From: Phoronis australis
Taxonomy: Eukaryota; Animalia; Phoronida
Direction of reading: 5' to 3'
NCBI GenBank assembly: GCA_002633005.1
Contig: NMRA01000070.1
Coordinates: 62,001-126,000 of the forward strand
DNA: 64,000 nucleotides
In this document: positions 52,208-64,000 of the stretch, piece by piece
Numbering within the stretch: position 1 is the stretch's first letter
How the letters are laid out: every line of letters begins with the position of its first letter
Notes under the pieces: model-generated
The model's database searches: none
The model's input: only the letters and a program-made list of their open reading frames with translations
What the model was told of the DNA's origin: nothing
Translations under genes and position numbers: made by a program

Positions 52208-53010
52208 GACAATGAACCTTTTTATTTTTGCGTCGATCGTCCGGTTTTTAATATACAGGAATATCATAAATTATCTGATTTTCAATGTGTACCTTGTGAA
52301 TCTCCCAGTAATTGTTGAATCTTTACATCTCATTGTCATGAGTTATTAGTCCTGATGAGCCCATCCCAGATATCAAAAAAATATTTTGAAAATTCCACTG
52401 GGAATTCTATTCTTGAACAATTCGTAATTGCAAAGCTGACCAAAACGTGCAGACAGAGTTATTTTTGCTACAGTGTGGCCCTGTGGTTGGGTGCAGATGT
52501 TCTAGAAGTTATTAAATTCATAAATCTTTGTCTACTATGGTGCTTCCTCCCGTTTACGACAAGCTGTTACTTCAGGTTCCGAAACAGCGGGAAGATCAGT
52601 CACGTAATGAGCTACAGGCTTGAAATGTTATGCGTACCTAACTTATAGTCTTCTAGTAAGCAACTTCTCTCATTTTTACTACTATGGTGCTAGACAAATG
52701 TACCGAGATACATAAAACAAAAGTGACATACTTTGCGCACTGACACATGCTGGAATATTTCAAGCACAGGGTCGAGACACTTGAGAGGCCGATGTGAAAA
52801 TTTTGAAGATTTTTTATTTTGCGATAATATGAAACTTTTGAAAAATTCCACTATTTTAGTGCTTTCTCACTAAGCACATGAAAGGTTAAAATACTTTTTT
52901 CTCACAATTTTAAACCTTTTGCCACCTGAAATGATATTTTCACTTTCACCCGATCCCTCAACTTATTCTGAATATTTTAAGGTAATTATGCAGGACCCTA
53001 GAAAATTACA

Positions 53011-53226
53011 AATTTGGATATAGCTTAGGTACATTACAATTTGGATATAGCTTAGGTACATTACAATTTGGATATAGCTTAGGTACATTACAATTTGGAT
53101 ATAGCTTAGGTACATTACAATTTGGATATAGCTTAGGTACATTACAATTTGGATATAGCTTAGGTACATTACGATTTGGATATAGCTTCGGTACATTACA
53201 ATTTGGATATAGCTTCGGTACATTAC
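53011..53226 (+). repeat. 27-bp minisatellite, 8 copies
   Basis: aatttggatatagcttaggtacattac repeated; explains the repetitive ORF 52963-53223. Confidence 0.95.
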
Positions 53227-54710
53227 ATCTCAGAAATTGGATTCATAAAGCTTTTAGATATGTTTTCTGCACTTTTAGGAATTACTATCAAAAATACGAC
53301 ATTTGTGATTTTGATGAACAAAAATCAGAAGTTGCATAAAATGAAAAAGAAATGATTGTCTAGAAAATTGTAACAACTTTTTTGAGATTTCATCTTGAAC
53401 ACTGGTACCAAATAAAATTTGGCAATGTTAATGATTCAATGTTTGCTACTTTTCTTTTTTGCAAAAATTTACTGAAAAGATATGGTCACATCACACATGA
53501 CCCAATCATTAACAGATTGGTAAATGAGTCAAAAATTAATTTTCTACAGGGTTTCTTTCAGAAAACATATACTTTTACCAAGTAAAAATCTACAGTTTTG
53601 TACTTACAGTCAAGTATTTGGCTGAATATGCAGACTAGTCCATTAACATACATGTACATGACCTTAATACAAATTTTCAGCTCTCGTCGTCACTAACATC
53701 CTACCCCCGGGCAGTTTTTGCTTCAGTTCATGAAATCAAGCTACAAATTACCCCTATTGAGTTTCACGGTGTATCAACTTTGATGGGCATAATTTTTAAT
53801 AAATTGTAAGATATCGCAAACCTTTCTGTCTGGTCAGCACGCAACCTGTGGTCACATCACACGACCTAATATTTAAATATTTACGCATATTGTAAGATAT
53901 AAAACTACACACAATGAATATTATCATTCTAGATTACCTTCAAGTAATTTCCATAGATAGAAGTATTATAAGTTTAGCCTAATCATTCCAATAAAAATGG
54001 GACCTCTTTCCATTTTAGTGTTTAACGATTTCATGACGATTTTCATGGATCCCGAGAAGCTGAAATGAATCCCAAGAATTCCAGAACTTGTGTCAACAGG
54101 ATCCCAATTATTCATAAAGCAATTTTGTCATAGCATAAGCATGGATCGTCAAAAGAGCGCAATACAAAAACTGGAGTTAACTTATCTCTAAAATTATCAT
54201 ATGCATATAATCCACCATGACCAAAATCACTCAAGGACAGGTGTTCCACGCTAAGCTCAGAGTAATCCATAAGCAAACATGGCATTTCAGTGGTATCTTA
54301 TAGTTGTTGGATCAAATGGGGAAAACCGGTGTTGCCATCGGTTTTTAATATGATCACGCTTTTTATCTAAGATCCTATTGTGTCGTCGCATTAGCGATAT
54401 CTTCATGGCAATAAAATACAGGCTGAAACAACAGAAACTGGTAATTTTCTAATGTGTTTTGGCATCTCAAATTGAATTTCTTGCAACAAGTTGAAGAATC
54501 CTTCTTTCGCGCAAGAAATACAAAAAATTGGCTAAAACGCTGCAATGGGTTTTTATTTCTTGACAACAGTTTTGAGCTGATTCGTGTTTACATGAATGCA
54601 TTCAGTCAGCATGGTAGATAATTGACGTTTGCATCCTAATCTCTTGGAGGTAAGACTGAGCCTGATGATGAACAAAAGAAAGATTGATATCAGGTCTCCG
54701 AAAACCCCGT

Positions 54711-54790
54711 GTGGTATAGAATACAGGCTAAGCCAGAATTAGTTGAAATGTGGTATAGAATACAGGCTAAGCCAGAATTAGTTGAAATGT
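54711..54790 (+). repeat. 39-bp direct tandem duplication
   Basis: gtggtatagaatacaggctaagccagaattagttgaaat present twice. Confidence 0.9.
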
Positions 54791-57183
54791 TCCCATGCAT
54801 TTGTTGCACCATCAACTATCAGTTGAAGTTGCCATATTTGTAAAATACATAACATGACAATTAAAAAAGTTGTCACAAATGTTCTTTATTTCTTCGGTTT
54901 TGTTTCAGTTATATAAACAACAAAAATCACACCTTGCACATCTGTAGAAGAATCCCAAAACAAGATCACCTTCGTGAATATCAACTGCGAGTAGATTTTT
55001 TCCTTTAAAGTCGTTACGCACCCGCGCAGTGGAATGAGTATCCCGATTGTCTGGTCGGCCAGTTGGGATACAGTCAGCGTTTCTGTTATCAGTTTGACAG
55101 TGGCAGACTAATGTTTACATAGTAGTCCAGCTCTCTTATTGTCTGCTTACATCTGATAAGCTTACTTACTGGTAATACTATTTGCAAAGGACTTTCAACA
55201 AATGTCATAAAGTAGATGTGTTTTATATGAAATACTTTCACCAAAAAACTTCGAATGGAGAAAAACAGTTGACTTTCTGAGAAATTAGACTTAACTTTCA
55301 CCTGTCGATTCCTTTGTGTGACTGTAAGCTCTGCCAGCTTAACCACAGTATGGCCCTATGATCCTACATTACGGTATCGAGATAGTGAAAATTTCTTGAT
55401 TTTTACACTCCAAAAGATTGGCATATAATATAAAGACTGCTTTTAACTGATTAGTTAAAGCTAGTAATGAATCTGCGCAAATTGGGGGGATAACAGGTCC
55501 AATTTATCAGAGTCCCTACAGTCCCAGCCTTAGATTGCATCATGGCCCTGCGCAAGCGCCACATTACCTGTACTTTAATCACAACCTTCTTTTGTTTGGT
55601 GATTATAAAACAAAAAACTGCTGTGAAATTTGAATTGGGAGGGGACATGTCATCAGCTATGCTAAGTTTTGGATGTACTGCTATGTGGGGCCCTTGAATT
55701 ATCTAACCTTTGAATATGTAACCACATTTTGCTAAGGTCACCAAATCTCTAATACATCTTGACCCTGTAAGTGTATGGCAAGCATCTACCAGATGACAAA
55801 CACACACTCCACAGTTCACAACACAAGTCAATGAAATATGGAGCATTAAAAATATTCCAAAACAAAATATTGTTTTCACAACTTTAGAATCAATTTAGTT
55901 TTGAGTTTTCACCTGTAACAATATGATAAAATCTGCACTTGCCAATGACAAACACATAAAACATTCAGGTAAATTTATTAATTTATTTTGATATATCATT
56001 TCACTGAATAAACATTTTACAAAAATCTCACAATTCACCCCATGCTCTAAAACACCATGTCTGGATGACTGTTCCCAGTTGTCTCCCCTGAGCTACTCAA
56101 GGCGGCCAGGTATTGTAATGACAATAGCCAGTGATATCAACCTCCATATTTGATCAACCCGGCCAGGTGTGAAACCACTGTCTGCAGGTTCCTGCTGATT
56201 TTACTAAGGGTAGGTTTCTTTGAGAACAAGTTCACAGCTGGTGTTGTTCACAGGCTGAGAGGGGATTATATCAAGGCAGGATAGTCAGTAACCCACCTGT
56301 CAATAAAGGTGAGATGCTATTCAGGTGTCACACCTAGTAGACATTCCAGGTATGAAAGTAGGTCATGGACAGAGAAGTTTTATAACTGATATAGTAAAAT
56401 GCGATAAATCACATTATCTTGGGTATTATCAATCAGCATTGACTCTCGGAACATTTGGTAAGTTGTGATCTAAGCCTCAACTTGAAGCGGATTCATTTGA
56501 TGCTCAACTTTTGCCATAAAAGGAAGAAACAGACAAAATACGTCTTAGTTTCAAATGACCTAGTTTTCTGCAGTGGATGTGGTTCTTGGGCTTCATCATG
56601 TAGGAGATGGTTCAAATAATTTTTGGTCGTGAGAATTTTCTTAAAACGCACATGTATACGTTTGCCTTTCATCAGAAAAACAACTTTTCATTTAGACCAT
56701 TTGCACATCGATATTCTGGGCTTGAAAAGACTTGCTTGAGACCAAACTTCAAGTGGACTTCCGCAGTGTATCATTTTATTTGCTGACTATGATCTCCACC
56801 AAAGAGCAATCAGTTGTTAGCAAGGCCAAAAGTCACCTCTCAACTGAGTAAGGAATAGATTGAGGCCCATTATAAAGTGGTCAGAGGTCACAATGAAGTT
56901 TGATTCTTGGAAGGAAAGTGGGTAAACTTACAGCCGCTTTCAAGTTAAAAAATCATACAGGAATATATTAATAAGCACCTAGGCACATTAGACTGAGGGT
57001 TAGGGGTGGAGGGGCCAATTGCCCTCTCAGACCTGGGCAAGAAACATTATGGAGATTCAGACGAAATCAGAAAAATGTCGGCAGTACAGCACGATGATAT
57101 TAGGGAAGTAGCATTGGGACTTGAAATACTTGAAACAAATTATTCATGGGGAGGGATTGGTGGCACCTGGGATGGAGAGAAAA

Positions 57184-57272
57184 GGGTCAAGTTGGGGTAG
57201 GGAGAGGTGTCAAGTTGGCGTAGGGAGAGGGGTCAAGTTGGCGTAGGGAGAGGGGTCAAGTTGGGGTAGGGA
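57184..57272 (+). repeat. G-rich ~22-23-bp tandem repeat, 4 copies
   Basis: gg(g/t)gtcaagttgg(c/g)gtagggaga units. Confidence 0.85.
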
Positions 57273-60156
57273 AGGTGGTGCGACAGGGAGATGGCTGAAC
57301 TGTAGTGACCGAGGCGAGTGAAATGTACATATGCCTGTTTATAGGTTTATAAAACAAATTTAAATGTGATGTCACCAGTCAGAAATTCAACAAATCGGCT
57401 TCGTGAAGTGGTTTGTTGATATAGTTCGCTGTGTACAATGAATTGGCTCTCCTGCCGCCAGGAAACTTTTAATGTTGTGTTTTATATCTACAAACTAGCT
57501 GAAGTCACACACTTAAAGCACAGCAAATTGGACTGCATCCTTTTGCAAACTAAAGCAGAATGACAGCAAACTACGATGACGTCTCAAATTTCTCATTCCA
57601 TGACTCTTACATTCTTGGTCACCAAAACATCCCCGATCTCCCAAAGTCATAGGTTACTCTTCATATTTGGAGAAAAGCATGAGGACTTAACCCCCACAAG
57701 ACAATAGATTGGACAAACAACACCAGAGTGGTAATAGAAGAGTGGACTGCACAGCGCTGGCTCGGAAAGACGCAATTGCACTGGCTGATTTTAAAATCTT
57801 GGCGATTTTTGGTTTCGTTCGTCACGGCAAAAAGGAAACTTCCCATTTTCACTAAAGGACAGTCGGATATTTGAAGGTAATTGTTTGGTGGACTTACTGC
57901 AGTTGGTGAAAGGATGCTGGCCCACTGTAGCTGTGCTTTAGTAGAGTTTACTGTTGTTTTGGACCTAACAATCAAACCTGTGTATAATTTGAGGATTTCG
58001 CCTATGGCAATGTTGTCATGTTTCAGATGTTTTGTGGGATGGTAACATCACTTATAACTTGTGGACGTGTACCTAGTTTATAATTTGCGTTTTGGTTATT
58101 GAGAATTTTAACTTCGGTGTGATCATGAGGCATGTGCCTGTAGCATTATCACTCAACGGATTCGCTTATTTATGTGATCATTCAATGTATTTCGAGGCTC
58201 ACATTCAATCTTTTATTCGTGTGTGATGGGATCTTAATTATGCTCATACCAAGAAGCCGCAATAACCGCGTTATTTCAATTCTAGTGCACACGAGTAATA
58301 AGCGCTGTTTTTCCCTCACATTGCCACCTGTGATGTCACGAAATATTTACGTGATGACAACTGCTGTACAACAAAAAACAACACCAGTGCCATAGACGAA
58401 ATCCTCGGAATTGTGGAGTACTGATCAACTAACTTTACTCAACAGTTTCCATCTTTTCTTTGTCCAACCGCCTCACTTGCTTATAATTAAAAAGGTGCTG
58501 TGTTTCCTGTCTGAATACCAATGCGGATCTGTTTTGGCAAATTACCTTCCGAAACCATTCTCAGGCACCACTGCAGAATTACTTCATTTTACATTCTAAA
58601 GAAACGGGGAATATAAAAGATACCCTTTGTGCTTACTTTCACTTAAAAATTTCATAGAAAATTTTTATCTCAACCTAGTTCAGTCAAAATTTTAGCCCAA
58701 ATAAAGCTCATTCAACACAAATTAAAAAATTTCAAATTCAACTGAATTTAAAAGATTTTTTTAGCTAAATTTTTATTGTTAGCGTTGCACTACCTCGTGA
58801 GTGACAGGTGAGTCATGCAATATGGGTACTCACTCAACTGCTGAGATATGTAATGAAGTTTCCGTGGAAACTCCAACCACTTTTTAAAATACATTTTAAA
58901 AATTCATAATAAATGAGGCAATCAATCACATTTGTTTTAGGCTAGAACAGAAGCACTTTAAAATTAGCGCATGAGTGAGCAAACACAAACACGGCTGAAA
59001 GTTCTGAAATATTTACATTTTAGTCGGTGTCACCTTTCAACTGACAAAATTCATCGTTTGTTCAAAAATTGTGAATGTAAAGGAAAGAGATCTTCAACAT
59101 TCTTGTTTAGAATTTCACCTGACAACACCTGCAGTTTTGCATATAACACCTTAGTAAAACGAAATCAGCAACAAATCAACATCAACAACTGGCAAATCTG
59201 GCAAAAGAAATGCAACCAGTGAATACAATTGTCCAATGCCTGGTAATGATCTGAACCCAAAAATGCCAACTCGCCATAGGTCAAGCACGCACATGAGACA
59301 AAAAAATTGTACGGTATGATTTTTAAAGCTGCGTTTCTTCCTGCTTTGCTCCCCACAAACAAAAAATCGAATTTGGACCTTTACACAAAAGGTCATCAAA
59401 AGAACTCAATAACTGAAATTTGAAAATGGCGTCACAGGTCATGCGACACAACTATGACCATTTCGCCTGAATACACAACAGATCATGCAGCTGTTGCTTG
59501 GCTCTTAGGAAATTCGAAATATGTAATGACAGCTAAACAGGGCGAAATGTAGCATTAAATTCATTATGTAGGATCCCTGCTCAAAGAAAATAAGTTTTCC
59601 ATAAATCACTCATTCAAGCAACCCAAACAACATGAAAATTCAGAAGTATTTTCTAGTTGATCACAAAATGCCTCCTCAAAATGCATAGAACAGAGAGTAA
59701 AATAGAGTTTTCACAAAAAAAATTTGCCGATTTCCAATGAATATATTTTCACTTGTTTGCAGTACAGAATTTTATGTTTGTAAAATTGATCAACAAAACT
59801 AAATATTGAGGAAAAATTGTCTTCATCATTACATGTTTTGAACAGAACAGTTACAACTTCCTTAACATTTGACCGTTTTCACAATGATCAGCCATTGAAA
59901 AACGGAAAATTTCCGATTTTGGCAAATCTGTTGGTGTGTGGATTATGCCTATTGTAACCTATTTGTTTCTGTGTACATACTTTATGAGTATCTTCTATAC
60001 AGTCAAGGAAAATTCTCAGTTTCTTTGTACAAATAACACCATCGCACTAAACCATGGCACAAAACTGATACTGATACAAATAGTTTCAGCTAGCTCATAC
60101 TGAATAATTCTAACAATTGGTGCGAAGAACCACAGTGTGAGTCAATAAAATTGTTA

Positions 60157-60474
60157 CAGTAAAAATTGTCCAGTTTGGAACAATGGAAAAAGGCTCAAAC
60201 TCATAGTTTGTACCAAATTTAAGAAATTCTAAATACAGAGCATCCCAACTTTAAAAGCACTGGCAGCAATTTTTACTGTTCTTATAATGCTCAGCGTTGC
60301 ACTTGATGAACTTCTAAATTTGTTTTCAGCAAAAACACACAGGTACTCAATTTGCAAGTTATGATACATGCAACAACTGCCCGTGTCCCAAATTTCAGAA
60401 TCAGGAAATTCAATTTCGGCTTGAATTTTGGCATCCCAAATTTTAGAGACTGTCAAACTGGAGATTTGTGACTG
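60157..60474. mobile_element. Tc1/mariner MITE, family C
   Basis: TA|cagtaaaaattgtccagtttgg..caaactggagatttgtgactg|TA. Confidence 0.7.
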
Positions 60475-60585
60475 TACAAATAAATTCTACCCACAAACCA
60501 ACAACTTGTCTAATAATCACCATTCCAACATAGAACACCTGCTGGGTTGATTTCACATTCAGCACACTTATCATCTGCTTTCTAT

Positions 60586-61007
60586 AGTGCCCTCCACACA
60601 CATGCTTGACCCTAGAACAAGTTACTCCTGGAAGGAGTTGTCACAAGGTCTGAGTGTTGTCTGGACGCTATTTAAAGTAGCGCAACTTACCCCACTTGTG
60701 ACAAATTCCTCCACATTATCGAGGTGGGCTAACTTACACTAGGGTAACTTGCGCCACTTGTAATCGCTGTGCAACTGCAAAATTGGCATAAGGCGGAAGT
60801 GATTATCAGCTGCGGTTATACATACAGACAGGTTTTCGGTTGCCCGCCATGTTGGCATTAGGTTCCATTGTCACACACAGATGGACATCGTCCGCCTTAC
60901 CCCACTTATCAGATGTGTGTGTGTATGTACGTGGACACTCCACTTAAATGTGGGGTAAGTTGCACTAGTGCAAGTTGTTCTAGGGTAGGCTGTGTGTGGA
61001 TGGGACT
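60586..61007. mobile_element. PIF/Harbinger-like MITE (ccacac family)
   Basis: TIRs gtgccctccacacac..accctagaacaa / ttgttctagggt..gtgtgtggatgggac. Related fragments at ~13130-13330, ~20490-21010 and ~29330-29700. Confidence 0.72.
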
Positions 61008-61460
61008 TAGCTCCATGCTCTAACCAGAAATGTGGGTCCAGTTTAATGTCCTTAAAAACTGTTAAACCTTGAGCAACTCAAACTGAACACTGAGCTTATT
61101 CAGAGTGAGTTCATTGTAAATATCCTTTATGCTTTGGATGGAATTGGGAACAATGGTTGTTGTCAAAGTTATGAATGGAAAGGATTATGTACCCTACTGT
61201 GTGAAGTGGGTTGACAAGAGAGAGCAGTCAGGGTTGAGTTTGTCAGGAGGAGTTGTAACCCACAGGATATTTTAATACCTGTGTACAAGTCAGTGAAAAT
61301 AGCATGCACTAAATGTGCTTATTTTCTTGATGTTATTTTAGGACACTGCGTGTAACAACCAGCTGGGTGGTGGAAAAATGTTAACCGGACTGTCCGAAGA
61401 GAGATCCCTCAATTGAAATTAAAGACTCCGCTGTGGTAGGTGTGGACTTCAAGCCTACAA

Positions 61461-61964
61461 ATGGATGCTGGGGTGTTGGTGGGAATTATTATCGCAATCT
61501 TGGCCCTGGCAGTAGCATTAGCCGTGCTGATCTACTACTTAAAATGTAGGAATAATCCCTCCTCCGAAACCAAGACAGAGGACAGTCACGTGATAGGAAA
61601 TCTAGCAGTGCTGGACTCTGAAGATAGGAAGCAAGTGAACGGTTTACAGAACAGTCAAAAACAGCCCAACGATGGCGAAATGATTATCATGAATCCAGCC
61701 GCACTAGAAATGCAATTTGATGATGGATATAAAAAACACAGTACAGGATTAGCCTATCAAGTTGGCGGGAATCGCGATTTAGTTACAGATGAGCCAACAG
61801 TTTTTGTCAATACAGCAATGCAATATGATGAAGATGAGTACGATTCTTCATCCCTGAGGAGGGCAGCACCGTACCAAGAGACGGACAATACTGCAGTCAT
61901 ATCAAACATTGCATTAAGTGACGTAACTGTAAAACGAACAGTACCCAAGGAAACCTCATTTTAG
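61461..61964 (+). CDS. Uncharacterised 167-aa single-pass membrane protein
   Basis: MDAGVLVGIIIAILALAVALAVLIYYLKCR: N-terminal hydrophobic helix followed by basic residues, an acidic Tyr-containing tail and C-terminal ETSF. In-frame stop upstream; TTTTAG acceptor at ~61341. Confidence 0.75.
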   Translation: MDAGVLVGIIIAILALAVALAVLIYYLKCRNNPSSETKTEDSHVIGNLAVLDSEDRKQVNGLQNSQKQPNDGEMIIMNPAALEMQFDDGYKKHSTGLAYQVGGNRDLVTDEPTVFVNTAMQYDEDEYDSSSLRRAAPYQETDNTAVISNIALSDVTVKRTVPKETSF

Positions 61965-62235
61965 TCCTGAACCATGGAGTCATTGTACTGTGTGTTGGGG
62001 CGGTGATAAGTTACCATGCTTGTTTGCATAGTCCACTCTTGATAGAAACCATAAAATACTGAGATAAGATCCACAGTAACAACACATTCCAAAAGGGTTC
62101 AGCCAGAAAGTCTCACTTTTCTTCAACATTGACCTGGTACAATAGGTGCACTGTAAGTTATGAATTCAATCAACAGAGGGCTCTTAATTAACAACTCCAA
62201 AGGGACAATGATCCAGTTGTTGACCCCTCAATGTA

Positions 62236-62515
62236 CAGTAAAAATTCTCCAATTTGGGACAGTTTCTAGAATTTGGGACAGTTTCTAGAACTTTGGTCTA
62301 GGAAACTCCCACAAAAACTTAATTTTCCTCATTCCATAATTAGGGACAAGGCCAGTTTTGGTATTTACAATATTTCTCAAAATTCAATCTACAGACTGAG
62401 CAATTTTCTGTCCAGTCATTCTTGCATTTGGGACAGCCAATAGAATTTGAGGCAAGATCCAACCTTGAGCAAAATAATTAATTTTTCACTGTCCCAAACT
62501 GGAGAACTTTTACCA
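62236..62515. mobile_element. Tc1/mariner MITE, family C (another copy at ~20072-20326)
   Basis: TA|cagtaaaaattctccaatttgggacag..ctgtcccaaactggagaacttttacca|TA. Confidence 0.75.
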
Positions 62516-62795
62516 TAGTATTTAGCTCAATCCATGATTTAAACAGGAGAAGTGTTAAGCTCAATTTATACATTCCAGTGAAGGGACAAAGCAGACATTC
62601 TGTCCTTGAAGGGGCATATGGTGCCCCTGTGATGTGGTTTATTCACAGAAGTTAAAGATGGTTGTAAACCAACAGTGACTATGCATAATGTATATAACTA
62701 TGCAAATTCCATATTTCGGAACAAAGCTAGGAAGATTTCTTCACACAGAGACGGAGAGGTTTATAAGGAACCTTTGTCTGAAGAAAGGAGCCTGA

Positions 62796-63217
62796 GGCCA
62801 GCTGCATGAAACAGTCCCAAATAGGGACCCAACTATGCTCTATAAATCTACTGCGTATTTGTGCGCTTGTGAAAACACTCTTTCTTTTGTTGTTTGAGTC
62901 TCATTAGTAAGACAATTTTTGGCATTGATACAAATCCAAAGTGAAGTCTGTGTTGAATTCCATTGAAAATTAGTAGGGATCTTTTTATGCAACGCCATTA
63001 ATTTAAGGACTAAGTCCCTATTATTTTGGCTGAATTAAGGGCTCTGTTTTTTTAATTATTTTATTAGAAAATGTCATTAGTCAAAGAGGAGCTCATAATA
63101 AAGATGAAATGATAGCAAAATACTACATCTGTGAGTAGAGATTTAAGCCACAAATACTCAGTATATTTAGGGAACTATGCCGAGTCCCTATTAGGGACTG
63201 TTTCATGCAGCTTGGCC
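62796..63217. mobile_element. PIF/Harbinger-like MITE
   Basis: TIRs ggccagctgcatgaaacagtccc / gggactgtttcatgcagcttggcc. Confidence 0.8.
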
Positions 63218-63219
63218 AA

Positions 63220-63329
63220 GGGGCCTGTTTCACCAACTTTAAGGTGACAACTGTTAACACTGGTTGTAGATCTTTGTTTAGAATCTGTGCAAAAAAACGC
63301 AGCCAAGACGTTTTAGTTAAACAGGCCCC
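63220..63329. mobile_element. Very short PIF/Harbinger-like MITE
   Basis: ggggcctgttt / aaacaggcccc termini, directly abutting the previous element. Confidence 0.6.
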
Positions 63330-64000
63330 AGTCTTCTAAAGGAGATATTATATGCCAGTACATACTGCAGTTGGATTCTTTTTAACATTGTAAATACCAT
63401 CATAGATAATTACTCCATGTTTTAATAATTGTAGACAAGTTGTACTCAAAATAAACATCCACGTATTCTTGAAATTTGTCCTTATAATTGCTTGGTCTCT
63501 CTTCAATAAGAAATGCATTTGGGAGAACACCGGTGCAATTTTTTGCAAACTTTACAAAATCACACAAAATCATGCAGAAAAAAAGAAATATTGAGTTTCC
63601 TGACTAGTACCATAGACTATAGTACATGGACCAACAACTCTGTATGAACAAAATCTGTGGTTGTATGCGCAAGACACAACCAACACTGCAGACCTCGAAG
63701 TCACTATTCACTAGCAGCACCTGTGTCAGTGAGTTATGGTTTACTTCCCGCAAGTAAGTCGTCTGCTCACTAATTGGAAAGTGGCTCCTCTTCTGGGAAA
63801 CCCAAAACAAAATATTGGAGTTATGAATCTATGTCAGTAATCATAGAGTAGAAAAATAGTCGCAACTGTGATTGGATGGCGAGATTGGTATGTTAAACTA
63901 TAAAGGTAAATTGTGTTTTCCAGTGACTGATGACACAGAGCATACACAAGTTTATTGCCAGTCTGTTCAAATGTCATTCTTTACTGTTGCATAAACCAAA

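Noticed and set aside
52350-52400. Second hammerhead at cctgatgagccc
   Set aside because: No complementary stem II followed by GAAA.
52963-53223. Repetitive MYLSYIQIV protein
   Set aside because: Translation of a 27-bp minisatellite.
57006-57200. 64-aa ORF with a kinase-like VALGLEIL stretch
   Set aside because: GTG start, no splice context, no other motifs, and it runs into a G-rich repeat.

Overview
Intron-rich, AT-rich eukaryotic genomic DNA, most likely from an invertebrate animal (species not determinable). It holds the 5' end of a HIP1/HIP1R (Sla2/ANTH) gene on the minus strand, with three exons and a U12-type second intron. That gene lies head-to-head with SNRK on the plus strand (ATGs ~690 bp apart; SNRK has a ~22.7-kb first coding intron, and at least one exon is lost in an assembly gap at 33607). 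SNRK lies tail-to-tail with a complete 11-coding-exon anoctamin-10 gene (minus strand, ~639 aa). An orphan single-pass membrane protein exon lies at 61461-61964. Introns and intergenic DNA are packed with non-autonomous DNA transposons (PIF/Harbinger-, Tc1/mariner-, Academ- and IS3EU-like, some nested), a tRNA-derived SINE and minisatellites. The most unusual signals are a ~20-copy 34-bp array built from an SNRK 3' splice site, degenerate tandem echoes of the SNRK CaaX-coding terminus in its 3' UTR, a Penelope-type minimal hammerhead ribozyme near the ANO10 5' end, an IS3EU-like element carrying a mini-ORF, and SNRK-ANO10 linkage matching the human arrangement. All coordinates were read by eye, and comparisons with human proteins are from memory rather than from a search.
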